From Octopus vulgaris (taxonomy: Eukaryota), in NCBI GenBank assembly GCA_951406725.2, contig OX597838.1, positions 3,906,001 to 3,970,000 on the forward strand: a stretch of 64,000 bases of DNA, given 5' to 3'. How positions within the stretch are numbered: position 1 is the first letter of the stretch; every line of letters starts with the position of its first letter. The notes under the pieces were generated by a model. That model saw only the letters and a list, made by a program, of their open reading frames with translations. It did no database searches and had not been told where the DNA came from. Made by a program: the position numbers and the translations under genes. This document shows, piece after piece, positions 13,987 through 28,213 of the stretch.

Positions 13987-14286
13987 ATCAAACTATGTCA
14001 CTGCTTGTGTTCGTGTGTGCGTGTTATCGTAAAACTCCGGTGACTTTCGCTTTACTTCTAACTCTCACTTTCCCTCCTTCCCTCCCCCTCTCTCTCTCTC
14101 TCTTTAATCTATCCCTCATTCTACCCCTCCCACCGGCTTCTCTTTCTCACATACACTTTAATCTCTCTCTGTCTCTCTCTCTATCTATCTATCTGTCTCT
14201 CTTTCCCTCTCTATCTATCTCTCTTTCACTTGAATAAATCGTCATTTGGTTATTTCGTTTGTCAGTCGAGTTCCTGGTGAATAGAA

Positions 14287-14321
<35 letters not shown>

Positions 14322-14958
14322 CCACAGTCAAGACGGTGACGGAGAGAGAGAGAGGAGCCTGTCAGATGAACTCCGACAATCAGGCAGCCAGGCACACACA
14401 CACATAACGCACACACATATTTATATATCTACAGACATCTATAAACACACATATATATATGCACACACATACACATCCCTCAGAAACATAACATTCTACA
14501 CCGAGAAGCTACGCTAGAAACATCTTTCGGTGGTTTTTTTTATACATTATACATACATAAACACACACACACAGAGATATATATATACATATATATAACT
14601 ACATACATATATATTTATACCTATCAATATATATACATATATCAATATCTATATATCTATATATCTATCTATCTATCTATCTATCTATTTATCGATATAT
14701 ATATATATATAGAAACACATATATACAGATATATATTCATACACACAGACACACATATATACACACATAAATATATACTCACATATATACGTATATACAC
14801 AGACAAATATATGTATGGTTTATGTAAACATACATATATATCGATAAATACTTAAATACACACATACACACAGCAATACTCAAACACACACACACACACA
14901 CGCGTGTATATATATACATATATTTAAATAAATATGTATATACAGTTTTTGTTTTCAG

Positions 14959-15136
14959 TCGATTTGGGATTACGTTTTACCTTCAACTCCAAAGAACTCG
15001 GAGAACTTACGGAATAATCACAATACAAGACACTGGTTTATTAAATTCCTCGTTTGGACTGTAAACTTCTTGTCGCCAAAAACACGCCAAGACTTTCTCC
15101 AAGACTTTCTCAACTGCAAAAAAACACCTTCGCGAC
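14959..15136 (+). other. Candidate non-coding (5'UTR-type) exon
   Basis: Unique sequence bounded by tttttgttttcAG acceptor and a perfect GTAAGT donor at 15137; no convincing ORF. Confidence 0.35.
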
Positions 15137-15315
15137 GTAAGTTATTCATTTATTTCGGCATTTTTCTTTATTCTCCTTCTTTTTTTTTTTTAATTCGCTG
15201 TATACACTGCGTGTGTATAATTATATGCACACATATAATTCGTATGTGTAAGATCGATGGATGGATGGGTGTATATGCATTGTGTGAGTATTTCTGAGCG
15301 CCTGTGTGGATGTAT

Positions 15316-15410
<95 letters not shown>

Positions 15411-15700
15411 TATTAGACATGTATGTATATATGTAGATGGATAGACCTATAAATTGATGCGTGTATAGATGGATACGTATATATATATATACACACACAC
15501 ACATATATATATATATGTACATAAGTATATACATATACGGTCACACACACGCACACACATGTGTGTGTATGTATATATATATATATATACATACATACAT
15601 ACACACATACATACATATATATACATATATACATATATACATACACACACACACACATATATATATATATACATACATATATACATATACATATATACAT

Positions 15701-15733
<33 letters not shown>

Positions 15734-15748
15734 AAGAACAGTATTGAA

Positions 15749-15835
15749 AGTGACTTCGAAGTTACCGTCAGCTCTTAAGCCATCATCGAACTGTCTGATA
15801 ATGGCTTATTAGCTGACGGTAACTTCGAAGTCACT
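15749..15835. ncRNA. Long hairpin formed by an inverted pair of atypical hammerhead-like motifs
   Basis: Perfect 25-bp arms 15749-15773 / 15811-15835 plus aagccat/atggctt; shares gacagt...acttcgaagt-N-actgtc frame with the 36675 motif. Confidence 0.55.
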
Positions 15836-16071
15836 GTCAGTAATCTTCCCCTCAAAGAATAATAAATTTGTATTGAGTAGTCGTCATTCAGTTTACTGTA
15901 AAAAGTGTGTGTTTGTGTATGTTACACATGCACACATATTTCAATATATTCACACACACACACACACAAGCGTCGCGTACACACAAATACATATTTGTAA
16001 TAGAAAATGTGTTATTCTGTAAATGCATGGATAAATGTATTTATTGTGTCTGGATATGTTTGGATATGTGT

Positions 16072-16113
<42 letters not shown>

Positions 16114-16820
16114 TTCAATTATAGTTATCTAATCTATAATATTTATTAAATTTAATTTCAATTTTCGAATCTAAAACGACTACAACAATAACAAAAAGAA
16201 CAACAACAACTACTACTACTATTATAAACACTACCACTGCAACTACTACACTACTATTATAAATACCACCACTACAACTACTACTATTATTATAAACACC
16301 ACTACTACAACAACTACAACAACAACAACTATTATAAACACCACCACTACTACAACAACAACAACTACTACTACTACTATTATAAACACCACCACTACAA
16401 CTTCTACAACAACCATCAGAACCACCACCGCTACTACTACCATGACCACCACCGCCTTCATCACCACCACTATCACCTCAACTACTACTACTACCACTAC
16501 TACAACAACAACAAACACTACCACTACCGCTGCTGCTGCTGCTGCTGCTGCTGCTACTACAAACTCCTGAAGTTGTAAATATGAAATGTTTCACCTTATC
16601 AACGAGTTAGAGTCTTTTATTGGTTGTTATGTCTTGGCGAGAGATGGGGGTGGGGGGTGGGGGTAGTAGGACAGACAGACAGGCAGGCAGACAGACAGAT
16701 AAATAGAGACAGACAGACAGACAAACAGACAGGCATGCAGTCAGAGAGACAGACAGACAGACAGCAGGCATTCAGACAAACGGACAGACAAATAGATAGA
16801 TATATAGATAAATAGACAGT

Positions 16821-16860
<40 letters not shown>

Positions 16861-16901
16861 GAAATATAGACTGACAGACAGGCATTCAGAAAAACGGACA
16901 A

Positions 16902-16948
<47 letters not shown>

Positions 16949-17092
16949 TGTAGAGAAAGAGAGAGGGGGGAATGACAGATAGTCAGTTAGACAGTCAGAT
17001 AGACAGATATAGAGATAGAGAGAGTGAGAGAGAGAGAGACAGACAGAGAGATAGACAGACACACAGGCAGTCAGGCAAACGAACATACAAAT

Positions 17093-17128
<36 letters not shown>

Positions 17129-17512
17129 GGGGACAGGCAGATAGGCAATCAGATAGACAGAGATAAAGACAGACAGTCAGACAGACAGACAGACAGGTGT
17201 ATGCATATATTTAGTGACACACACACACACAATACACACACACACACACACCTCACATGTTTACATACACACACACACACCTCACATGTATACATACACA
17301 CACAAGATTAAAAAGAAGAGGCAGGTAAGATAGAAACAGTTAAGCATCTCATGTCTGTAGATGTGTATTATATTTTGCACACACACACACACACACACTG
17401 CACACACACACACACACTGCTTAATAACACACACACACACACACTGCTTAATAACACACACACACACACGCTTGAAATTTACATACACATACATTGGAAA
17501 TGCTATAAACTC

Positions 17513-17570
<58 letters not shown>

Positions 17571-18048
17571 CTCTCACACACACTCACGCTCTTAAATATA
17601 TACGGTTGTATACACGACTACACACGAGTGGTTTATACGCACAAACACAGACACACACACTCATGCATACACACACGCATTCATACACACTCGCATACAC
17701 GCACACACAGGCATATACACAGATACACACGTTCACACATACACACACACGCACATACACACACACGCAAGCACACGCACACATACATGCAGCACACGCA
17801 CACATACACGCACATATACACTCATACATACACACACGCACATACACACACACGCACATACACACACACACGCACATACACACACATACTCACTCATACA
17901 TACACACACGCACATACAGACACACACGCATATATATACACACACACACACACAGACACTCACACATACACTCTCATGCACTCATACGCACATACACACG
18001 CATGCAAGCACGCACACACATATACACAGCACACATACGCACATAGAA

Positions 18049-18079
<31 letters not shown>

Positions 18080-18800
18080 TGCAGGCACATACGCACACAC
18101 ATACACACACGAACTCACACACACACGCACACATGTCCTTATAACACATGCACGGGCGAGCATGCATACACAGGCACCGTGGAATTGCACACACACACAC
18201 ACAAAATGATACTCACGTTTACTTTCACACTCACACAAACACACACACTAGCACACACACATACACACACACACGCTATGAAATATCACAAACACACGCG
18301 CATGCACCGACATTATGAAATATTTTCTCACACATGCACACAACACACAAACACACACACACACACTCACGCATCGAACCTGAAATATCGCAAACACGCA
18401 CAAACACACATCAACATTATAGAATATCTCACACACACACACACACACACATACGTGCGTGCACACGTTCACACGCACCCCAGCATACTTTTGTAAATTA
18501 ACATTCTGAACGCTCGTACACACACACACACACACACACACGCACATACACTCATGAATACATGCACACATTCATACGTATATACACATGTATACACACA
18601 TCTACACATCCACACATACTTCGTCAGTAAATCGTAAATCCGAAAGAGATACTAAGCCGTAGAGTATTTAGATTAGAGACAGTTACGGCCGGTTCGTAGG
18701 GTTACGCAGGGTTTCGCGTCCATAAAGCGTTCACCTCTACATACGTCCCGGCAAACTCTACACACACGTACACGCGCGCACACACACATGCACAAATATA

Positions 18801-18977
18801 GGCGCATGAGTGGCTGTGTAGTAAGAAGCTTGCTTACCAACCACTTAGTTCCGGGTTCAGTCCAACTGTGCTGCACCTTGGGCAAATGTCTTCTACTATA
18901 GCCTCGGGCCGACCAAAGCCTTGTGAATGGATTTGGTAGACGGAAACTGAAAGAAACCCGTCATATATATGTATATA

Positions 18978-19014
<37 letters not shown>

Positions 19015-19259
19015 ATGGACGGACGGACGGATGGATAGATATGTAGATGTGTGTGTATATATTTGTGTGTGTGTGTTTGTCACCCCAACATCACTTGACA
19101 ACCGATGCTGGTGTGTTTACATCCCTGCAACTTAGCGGTTCCGCAAAAGTGATCGATAGAATAAGTACTAGGCTTGCGAAGAGTAAATCCTGGGTTCGAA
19201 AAGGCAGTGCTCCAGCATGGCCGCAGTCAAATGACTGAAACAAATAATCGAATAAAAGA

Positions 19260-19260
<1 letters not shown>
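18801..19260 (+). mobile_element. SINE family 1, near full length
   Basis: Head, internal microsatellite and gtgctccagcatggccgcagtcaaatgactgaaac tail. Confidence 0.92.
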
Positions 19261-19317
<57 letters not shown>

Positions 19318-19489
19318 AAATATAAAAATGGAACAAAAACGCAAGAGAGAACAATAAAACAGAAAGACGATACAAGGCGGACAAGAGAAACAACAATTTG
19401 AAGGACAGGTCATTCGTGGCCTTCTTTCCTCAGTCAAGTCCCAAATGTCACGACTGTTTCGGACATCTACACTATATATATACTCACTC

Positions 19490-19608
19490 TTGCATCTTGC
19501 GACGGGCCGGCGTCCCGTCCAGGTGGGGAACCCATACGCCAAGAAAACCGGGAAACCGGCCCTTATGAGCCAGGCATGGCTCGAGAAGGAACAAACAACA
19601 ACAACAAC
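19490..19608 (+). mobile_element. SINE 3' fragment (ggcgtcccgtccag tail type)
   Basis: Similar to tail at 59450-59538; ends in (AAC)n. Confidence 0.6.
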
Positions 19609-20067
19609 ATATACATGTATATATATATATATTATATACACACATGCATGCATGTATACATCCACACATACGTAAGCCCGTTACGCACCTAACCTATTCC
19701 CATACCTTCTACATTCAAAAAGACCCACTTGCGTACATGCGCACACGTCGACGCATTCACACATACATACATCATACACACACACACATACTTACACACG
19801 TGTAGCCAACCGTTAAACGCACGCACGTACACACACACACACACACACATACATACAGTCATACATACATACGTATGTACTTATACGCATACATACGATA
19901 GAGGCGAACACAAACACACATACCTATGTGCTCAAACTCACAAGCGCACTAGCACCCGCACACACACAAGCACACACACACACACACAAGCACACACACC
20001 TGTATGAAGTCACGTGATTTCCATGCTAAACGTTCAAAACTTTGCGCACCAGGAAGGACTTTTCGAT

Positions 20068-20150
20068 GTGGTCACTCGATCTTATTAGAAATAGCAGCTA
20101 AGTCTCCCTCAAAAGCTACCCTACACATTGGGTAACATGGTCTGGATTCT
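20068..20150 (+). repeat. Dispersed repeat fragment (tagaaatagcagc-aaatctccctcaaa family)
   Basis: Related fragments at ~25165 (-), 29700 (-), 32215, 41570 and 51110. Confidence 0.65.
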
Positions 20151-20527
20151 TCACTCTAAGGAGAAAAATTGTACCTACCCAAGTGTGCCACCCACCACCG
20201 AATCTTTTTTCCTCTTTTTTTTTTGTTTGTTTCAGTCATTAGCGGTCATACTGGGGCACTGATTTAAAGGGATTTTAGTCGAGGCTTATCATTTTTAAAG
20301 CCTGGTTGGTAATTGTATCGTACTTGTATCAGTCATTTTCGTTGAGCCGCTAAGTTGTGGAGGAGACGTAAACAAAACAACACCGGTTGTCAAGTGGTGG
20401 TGGTGGTGGGGAGACACAAAGACACTCACACACAGACAGACAGATAGACAGAGTAGGATGGAAGGATGGAAGGACGGACAGACTGACAGACAGGCAGGCA
20501 GGCAGGTAGGCAGACAGACAGGCAAGC

Positions 20528-20598
<71 letters not shown>

Positions 20599-20635
20599 CA
20601 GACAGGCAGGCAGGCAAACAGACAGACAGACAAGC

Positions 20636-20728
<93 letters not shown>

Positions 20729-21549
20729 ATCATACACAGGGTAGCTGTATTACTAAATATCAAAGTGGGGGCGTTTGGAGTAGGTAGCTTTAAAACTATA
20801 CCGGGTAGATGGTAATAGAAGGGTAGAAGGCGGGTATAGATATATAGACTATACATCAAGGTGTATCGTGAGGATCCGGTTTAATGGAGTTGTTGAATTG
20901 TAAGGGTGGAAGGGCGTTAATAAAAGCCCTTTGTATCTGTGTGCGGGGTACGGGTATGTAGGGTGACCCCTGCACTTTAGTTGAACCCCTTTTTTAAGGA
21001 GGTAACTAGTGATTTGGTGAGATTTTGTGAAAGGACTGTCATTGTTAAGATGCTCGAGTGACGATGTAGTAGCACCGGCACCCCGCCCATCCACCCGCTT
21101 CTTTCGTTAGTTCCCTTGTAAGGGTGCTGTGGTGTGTGCGTGTGTGTGTGTGTGTGTATTCGAGTGGTGTGTTAGATCTGTAAGGGTGTGGGTGCTGTCT
21201 ATGTTGTAGGGTGGTGTCGGTAGCTGTGTGGTGTTAATGTTGTGGCGGCAGTGGTGGTGACGATGGTTGTCGTAGTGGTGATAGTGGTAGTGATGGTGGC
21301 GGTAGTACTGGTGGTTGTCGTGGCAGTGGTAGCGGTAGCGGTGGCGGTGGCGGTGGTGGCCCTGGCGGCGGCGGTGGTGGTCGTCGTCGTCATCGTTGTC
21401 GTAGTGGTGGTGGTGGTGGTGGTGGTGGTGTGTGGTGGTGTGTGGTTGTGGTGGTGGTGGTGATAGTGATAGTGGTGGTGGTGGTGGTGGTGGTGTTCGT
21501 CGTCGTGGTGTAGTCCCAAATCGACTCGGGTGGATGAAAGACATTTCAA

Positions 21550-22355
21550 TTCGTGAATGGCAGAGTTGCTAGAGCACCAGTAAAAAAAAAAAAGAAAAAA
21601 AAGAAATCACTTTACGTTCTAAGTTCGAACCTCGCCAACGTCATCTTCGCCTTTCAGCTTTTCGGGGTCGATAAAATAAGTACCAATCGAGTACTGGGGC
21701 CGCTAACATCGACTTACCCCCTCCCACAAAACTTCAAGCTTTGTGCTTATAGTAGAAAAGATTATTATTAGTTGTTGTTGTTGTTGCTGCTGCTGCTGTT
21801 GTTTTTGTTGTTGTTGTTGTTGTTGTTGATTTGGTCTGCGCAAGCTGTTCCAGTGACCATAAGTAAACAGCAAGTTGGACGTTTTATTATTTAAGAGTAG
21901 CAATAAGACAATCAGCTGGCCGAACCGGTAGCGGTGACGGACGGAATGATTAGCGGTATTTCGCCTGTCGCTACGATCTGAGTTCAAATTCCGCCGAGGT
22001 CGACTTTACGTTTCATCCTTCCGGAGTTGATAAATTAAGTACCACTGAAACACTGGGGTCGATGTAATCGACTGGCCTCCCTCCTCCCAAAATTTCAACC
22101 CATGTGCCTATCACAGAAAGGATTATTTAAGATTAGAAATAAGGCGGCGAGCTGGTAGAATTGTTACCGCGCTGGACGGAATGCTTAGCGGTATGTCGTC
22201 TGTCTTAATGTTCTGAGTTCAAATTCCGCCGAGGTCGACTTTGCTTTTCATCTTTTCGGGATCGATAAATTAAGTACCAGTGAAACACTGGAGTCAATGT
22301 AATCGACTTAATCCCCCCCCCCCCAAGCTGCTGTTGTGGCAAAAATTTGAAATTA
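21550..22355 (+). mobile_element. Cluster of three SINE family 2 copies
   Basis: gagttcaaattccgccgaggtcgacttt...gataaattaagtacca cores at ~21620 (diverged), 21980 and 22215. Confidence 0.85.
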
Positions 22356-22442
22356 TTATTTATGATTAATTATGATATATTGTAGAGAAAAGAGACGAGG
22401 TTCTGTGAAATTTGTAATATTCCGGCTTTGAATATGTTTTAA

Positions 22443-22652
22443 CCCTTTCGTTACTGTATTTCTGTTGAGATGATCTGTGTTTCTTTCAATTATTGAAAAT
22501 ATAACAGAGAATTTGGTAAAATAACTTGGTTATCATTAAACTGGTGTTAGGAACATAAATTGTGATTAAGGTTTGGTGGAAGATTTTAATTCAAAACTTA
22601 TGAAAACAAGACAGAGCCTGAGCCAGTTTCAGCCGGATTGGTAACAAAAGGG
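22443..22652. mobile_element. piggyBac-type MITE
   Basis: TTAA on both sides (22439-22442, 22653-22656); TIR ccctttcgttac / gtaacaaaaggg (11/12 match). Confidence 0.85.
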
Positions 22653-22793
22653 TTAAGAGAATCATGTATTTTCAAATTGACAGCTTTTCTCTTAGAATGT
22701 GGGCAGGATTCCATGAGAACATATGACCGCATGTGTACCGTTGGCGATTTTTTTTCCTCTGTCTTCCCTTCTCTGGATCTTTCCTTCTCCTAT

Positions 22794-22828
22794 GTTTCCG
22801 ACGAAGAGCTCCGCTCGAAACGTTAAAC
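22794..22828 (+). ncRNA. Minimal type I hammerhead motif, family A (U4->C variant)
   Basis: gttt-CCGACGA-a-gagc(tcc)gctc-GAAA-cg-T-T-aaac; family tail runs to ~22926. Confidence 0.7.
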
Positions 22829-23009
22829 CCTCCTTCTTCCCTTCTTTCCTGAGCGTCCAATAATACTATATTTGTTCCACGTCCTCGCGTTGTTGTTTCT
22901 TTGTGTTTTCTTGTTTGGATTAACTATATATATATATATATACATAATATAAGAGGTTCATAAGATAATCGTATTTTCCTTTGGCATGTCTTATATTTTC
23001 TTCGTTTTT

Positions 23010-23399
23010 TTATTTACTTGTTTCAATCATTCGAGTGCGGTCATGCTGGGGCACCGCCTTGAAAGGTTTTAGTCGAAATCGACCACAGGACTTTTTTTTT
23101 AAAGCCTGGCACTTATTCTATCGGTATCTTTTGCCAAACCGCTAGATTACGGGGATGTAAACACACGAACACCGGTTAGGAAGCGATGAGGCGGGAGGAC
23201 AAACACACACTCAAAGATACGCAAACATACGCACACACACACACACATATGTATATTTTCGACGGGCTTCTTTCAGTTTCCTCCTACCAAATCCACTCAC
23301 AAGGCTTTGGTCGGTCCGAAGCTGTAAACAGAAGATTCTTGTCCAAGGTGCCGCGGAGTGGGACTGAACCTGGAACCATGTGATTGGGAAGCAAGCTTA
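23010..23399 (-). mobile_element. SINE family 1
   Basis: Reverse complement of consensus. Confidence 0.88.
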
Positions 23400-23499
23400 T
23401 ATATGTTGTGTGTGTGTGTGTGTGTGTGTTTGTAAGTGTGCGTGTGCGAGTGTGTATTTGTAAGTGTGTGTGTGTGTGTTCGTAAGTGTGCGTGTGCGA

Positions 23500-23531
<32 letters not shown>

Positions 23532-23781
23532 AAGTGGGTGTGTTTATACGGACGCGGTGTGATGCAGTGTGTATCATTAAAGCGTGTTTATCTGCCAGTG
23601 ATAATCTTTCGGTGTATAATTATGGAAGTGCGAGGAATGGGGAGAGGAAGAAAGGGAGAGAGAGAGAGAGGGGGAAAACTGGTACCATGGGGAAGGGGTC
23701 GAGAATGATTATCTCTGTGATGTGCTTATCTAACTATGGGGGGTATACACACTCACACGTATATCTATGTGTATGTATATA

Positions 23782-24161
23782 TCTCTCTATATATAAACGG
23801 CAGTTTGTCTGTGCGTGTTTCTGTGTGTCTGTTTGCTTGTACCTTCACCCTGACCACGGCTTTCAACCGATTCTGATGAAACTTGACACACACATAGCCC
23901 AATGTCATAATTCAAAACTAACGCAGCGAAAATTTTAAAAAGTTCCCCCAGTTCTGAAAAAAATCGATAAATTCGACATGGGGTCGGGAATTAGACACAA
24001 ACCGCAAACTGTCTAGGGAACGCAACTCCACCTTTTTTAACTAAAAAAAAATTTACCATAATTTTTTTCCATTCTTTTGCTATTTTTTGGCTATAACTCT
24101 CTAAAAATGCTTTATAGTTATTTCCCTTACAAACCTGAGCAACGCCGGGCGATACTGCTAG
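23782..24161 (+). mobile_element. Non-autonomous Helitron
   Basis: A|TC start, 3' hairpin cctgagcaacgccggg, CTAG|T end. Confidence 0.8.
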
Positions 24162-24162
24162 T

Positions 24163-24210
<48 letters not shown>

Positions 24211-24311
24211 TGTATATATATATATATTTATATATAATATATATATAATATATAGATATTATATATATATACATTTCATATAAATTATATATATATATAA
24301 CGATTATATAA

Positions 24312-24349
<38 letters not shown>

Positions 24350-24806
24350 GCTTTTGCTTGTTTCAGTCATTGGACTGCGACCACGCTGGGGTTCTGTCTT
24401 GTGGGGATTTTAGTCGAACACATTGACCCCTAGGTCTTATTTCCTTAGTCTGGTGCCTAGTCTATTCGTCGCTTTTTTTTTTTTTTTTGATGAAACTCGC
24501 TTAGTTACGAGAACGTAATCAAACCAGCATCGTTTGTTAAGTAGTCAAGTAGAGAACAAACACCACACACACGCACACACACACACACATACACATACAC
24601 ATGTCATACATACATGCGCATAGATACACACGCGCACACGTATCTATGTGTATGCATGTAGGTATTTATGCATGTGTGTATGTACGTGTGTGTATGTATG
24701 ACATGTGTATGTGTATGTGTGTATATATATGTATGTATGTGTTTATGCATGTACGAATGTATGAATTTATGTATGCATGTATGTGTATGTGTAGAACCAT
24801 GTGCGA

Positions 24807-24859
<53 letters not shown>

Positions 24860-24986
24860 TGTATATATGATTGTATATCTTAGACGTATGTTTACTCAAG
24901 GTGTTGGCGCAGTTTGTGAGGAACACTATTAACGAGGTGTAGTTATCCATGGGTGACGTTATTATTTTTGCTGCTGCTGCTGTTGT

Positions 24987-25044
<58 letters not shown>

Positions 25045-25244
25045 CCTGCTGCTGTGGCTAGTGTTTTTTCAGCCCGAAATACCTTATAACTAATGGCATT
25101 TCAGCCTTGATCGAGCCAAAGTTTCCCCAAGTAAGGGTGCTCGCGGCTTAGCATGTGATTTTCAGAGGGATTTAGCGACAATTTCTAGCAGGTCGAGTGA
25201 CCACATGGAGTCTCGGTCAATTGTCGTTGCTGTTGTAGCACAAC

Positions 25245-25325
25245 ATTTGAACTCAGAACGTAGCGGCAGACGAAATACGGCTACGCATTTCGCCCGGCGT
25301 GCCAACGGTTCTGCCAGCTCACCGT
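25245..25325 (-). mobile_element. SINE family 2 head fragment
   Basis: tttgaactcagaacgtagcggcagacgaaatac...ctgccagctc. Confidence 0.85.
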
Positions 25326-25329
25326 GTTC

Positions 25330-25684
25330 TCTACAGAAAGTATTGCAGATTTTATAGTCGCAGATATCGTAATCATTTGCAGTATATGAATCAAGGGTTT
25401 GCCTCTCCACCTCAAAGAACCCAATTTCTGCCATACTTTGCTCCAGATTGGTCGGTATGTATCCTGTTGCTCCAGTAATGATAGGTATGACGCTGAAGGT
25501 GTATCTTGGGTAATAGATTTGCAAACTCCTTATCAATGGTCCACAGATGTCCCCTTTCTCTTGTATTTCTCTAACCACATTCGTGTCCAGAGGGCTGCTG
25601 ATTTCCACAACAGAACATAACTTTTCCTTGTGGTCCCACACAACGATATCTGACCGGTTGTGTTTTAACTTGGTGGCTGTTTTA

Positions 25685-25688
<4 letters not shown>
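25330..25688 (-). pseudogene. Restriction-like endonuclease domain remnant of an R2/R4/NeSL-group non-LTR retrotransposon
   Basis: KHNRSDIVVWDHKEKLCSVVEISSPLD...VIPIITGATGYIP matches the HNRPDIVV..E..(K..KY)..PIIxGAxG pattern; PD and KY motifs are mutated. Confidence 0.8.
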
Positions 25689-25715
<27 letters not shown>

Positions 25716-26050
25716 TGTATGTATGTATGTATGTATGTATGTATGCATGTACGTATGTATGTATGTATGTATGTATGTACGTATGTACGTACGTATGTAT
25801 GTATGTATGTACGTATGTATGTATGTATGTATGTATGTATGTATGCATGTACGTATGTATGTATGTATGTACGTATGTACGTATGTATGTATGTATGTAT
25901 GTATGTATGTATGTATGTATGTATGTACGTATGTATGTATGTATGTATGTACGTATGTACGTACGTATGTATGTATGTATGTATGTATGTATGTACGTAT
26001 GTACGTACGTATGTATGTATGTATGTATGTATGTATGTTTGTATGTATGT
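25687..26050. repeat. (TATG)n microsatellite with TACG variants
   Basis: Direct observation. Confidence 0.95.
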
Positions 26051-26699
26051 ATTCATATATTAATGTAAGTGTGTGTGCATGTATGTATACATATTTGTAT
26101 ATGTGTGTATATACACGGGTGTGTGTGTGTGTGTGTGAGGCGTTGTAGTATCCGTGAGTTAATTTTCAGTTTAGTTTAACAGAAAAATCGAGAAACCTTA
26201 AAAAGCTTTAAAAAATGCCTTTCTTTCTTTCTTCTTCTCCCTGGGGCGTGACAACGTTCACTGGCACGTGAAATTGATATATTAGACATTGAGATAGATC
26301 GATGTCCGTCTGAAAATATATGATCGAGAATGGAACGTATCGTTTACAATTTACCAAGAAATAATCTTGGGGGAGGGTCAAGAGCAGGAAAGAAGAACGA
26401 AACTAACTTTGGTTGACATTTAAGAAAGACTAAGATTTGTAAAATGGGGTCACGTGAATATATATATATATGAGTGCGTGTGTATGTGTTTGTGCGTGCG
26501 TGTGTGTGCGTGTGTGTGCGTGTATGTGTATGTGTGCGTTTCTATGTGTGAGCGTGTGTTTTGTTTCATGCCTTTCTGAATAACGAGGTCGGTCGTTTGA
26601 GAGATCAAAGAAGAAGGAGGTGGGTGTGGAGGTGGAGGTGGGAGAGGAACAGCAACATCAGAGGAGGAAGAGGGGGTGAGGGAGAGGTTTCATTCAACT

Positions 26700-26855
26700 C
26701 AGTTGGCCAATCAGTGATTGGTTTCACGGCGTGAAGGTCACGGCAATTGCTTGAAGGTTTCTTTGTTTATGCATCCAGCTTTTTGGAATAGTTTGAAATT
26801 ACGACGCTAAAGTCAAGAGTGACAGTAGAGGTTTCTAGCGTCGATGCAGGTATAT
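26700..26855 (+). promoter_or_regulatory. Candidate promoter element with palindromic double CCAAT box
   Basis: ccaatca-g-tgattgg at 26707-26721 in unique sequence; possible donor gcag|gtatat at 26849/26850. Confidence 0.3.
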
Positions 26856-26999
26856 ACATACATTCATCCATCAATACATCCATACATACATACATACATA
26901 CATACATAAAAACCCTTCAAGGCGGTGCTCCAGCATGGCCGCTGTCAAATGACTGAAACAAGTAAATGAATAAAAGACTCAGAATAAAAGAATACATTT

Positions 27000-27654
27000 G
27001 TGTGTTTGTGTGTATGTATGTATGTATGCATGTATGTATTGTATGTGTGTATGTATGCATGCATGTATGTATGTATGTATGTATGTATGTATGTATGTAT
27101 GTATGTATGTATGTATGTATGTATGTATGTATGCATGTATGTACGTATGTATGTGTGTATGTATGTATGTATGTATGTATGTATGTATGTATGTATGTGT
27201 ATGTATGTATGTATGTATGTATGTATGTATGTATGTATGTATGTATGTATGTATGTATGTATGTATGTATGTATGTATGTATGTATGTATGTATGTATGT
27301 ATGTATGTACGTACGTATGTATGTATTTATGTATGTATGTATGTATATATGTATGTATCTATGTATGTATGTATGTATGTATGTATGCATGCATGCATGC
27401 ATGTATGTATGTATGTATGTATGCATGTATGTATGCATGCATGTATGTATGTATGTATGTATGTATGTATGTATGTATGTATGTATGTATGTATGTATGT
27501 ATGTATGTATGTATGTATGTATGTATGTATGTATGTATGTATGCATGTATGTATGTATGTATGTATGTATGTATCTATGCATGTATGTATGTGTGTGTGT
27601 GTATGTATGTATGTATGTATGTATGTATGTATGTATGTATGTATGTATGCATGT

Positions 27655-27694
<40 letters not shown>

Positions 27695-27810
27695 ATGTAT
27701 GTATGTATGTATGCATGTATGTATGTATGTATGTGTATGTGTATGTATGTATGTATGTATGTATGCATGTATGTATGTATGTATGTATGTATGTATGTAT
27801 GTATGTATGT
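27000..27810. repeat. ~800 bp (TATG)n microsatellite
   Basis: Direct observation; explains the ~300-aa YVCM ORFs. Confidence 0.95.
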
Positions 27811-28213
27811 ATATACGTACGTACATATATTTACGCACTCTCACTCACAAATGCATACACACATATATGATGGTCGCTCCTTTATCCTCGAGTATAGCCA
27901 TCGCCCGGAGTATTTTCTCAGAGTCGGACTCATCCGCGAGCAACGTGGGTGTGACTTTCCAGGCCGACGGGTGACTCACCCCCCCCCCCACTCCAGACAA
28001 CAATAACACCAACAGAAGCCACTTACCGGTCATCACGCTAAGGCAAACTTTCCCACGTCAATCGCACGTTAGCTCAATTCGTGGTCATTCACATTTGCCG
28101 GACATATAACGTCCACACCCTTTCTAGTAGCTCTCTTCAACATATCGTGATTTCCTGAAGTTATTGCGAAGTTATCCCTTCCCAGATATATATATATACA
28201 TATATGTGTGTGT

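Noticed and set aside
26917-28006. Long ORFs (283-346 aa) and similar [16 protein letters not shown] ORFs across the window
   Set aside because: Translations of stop-free microsatellites; no domain content
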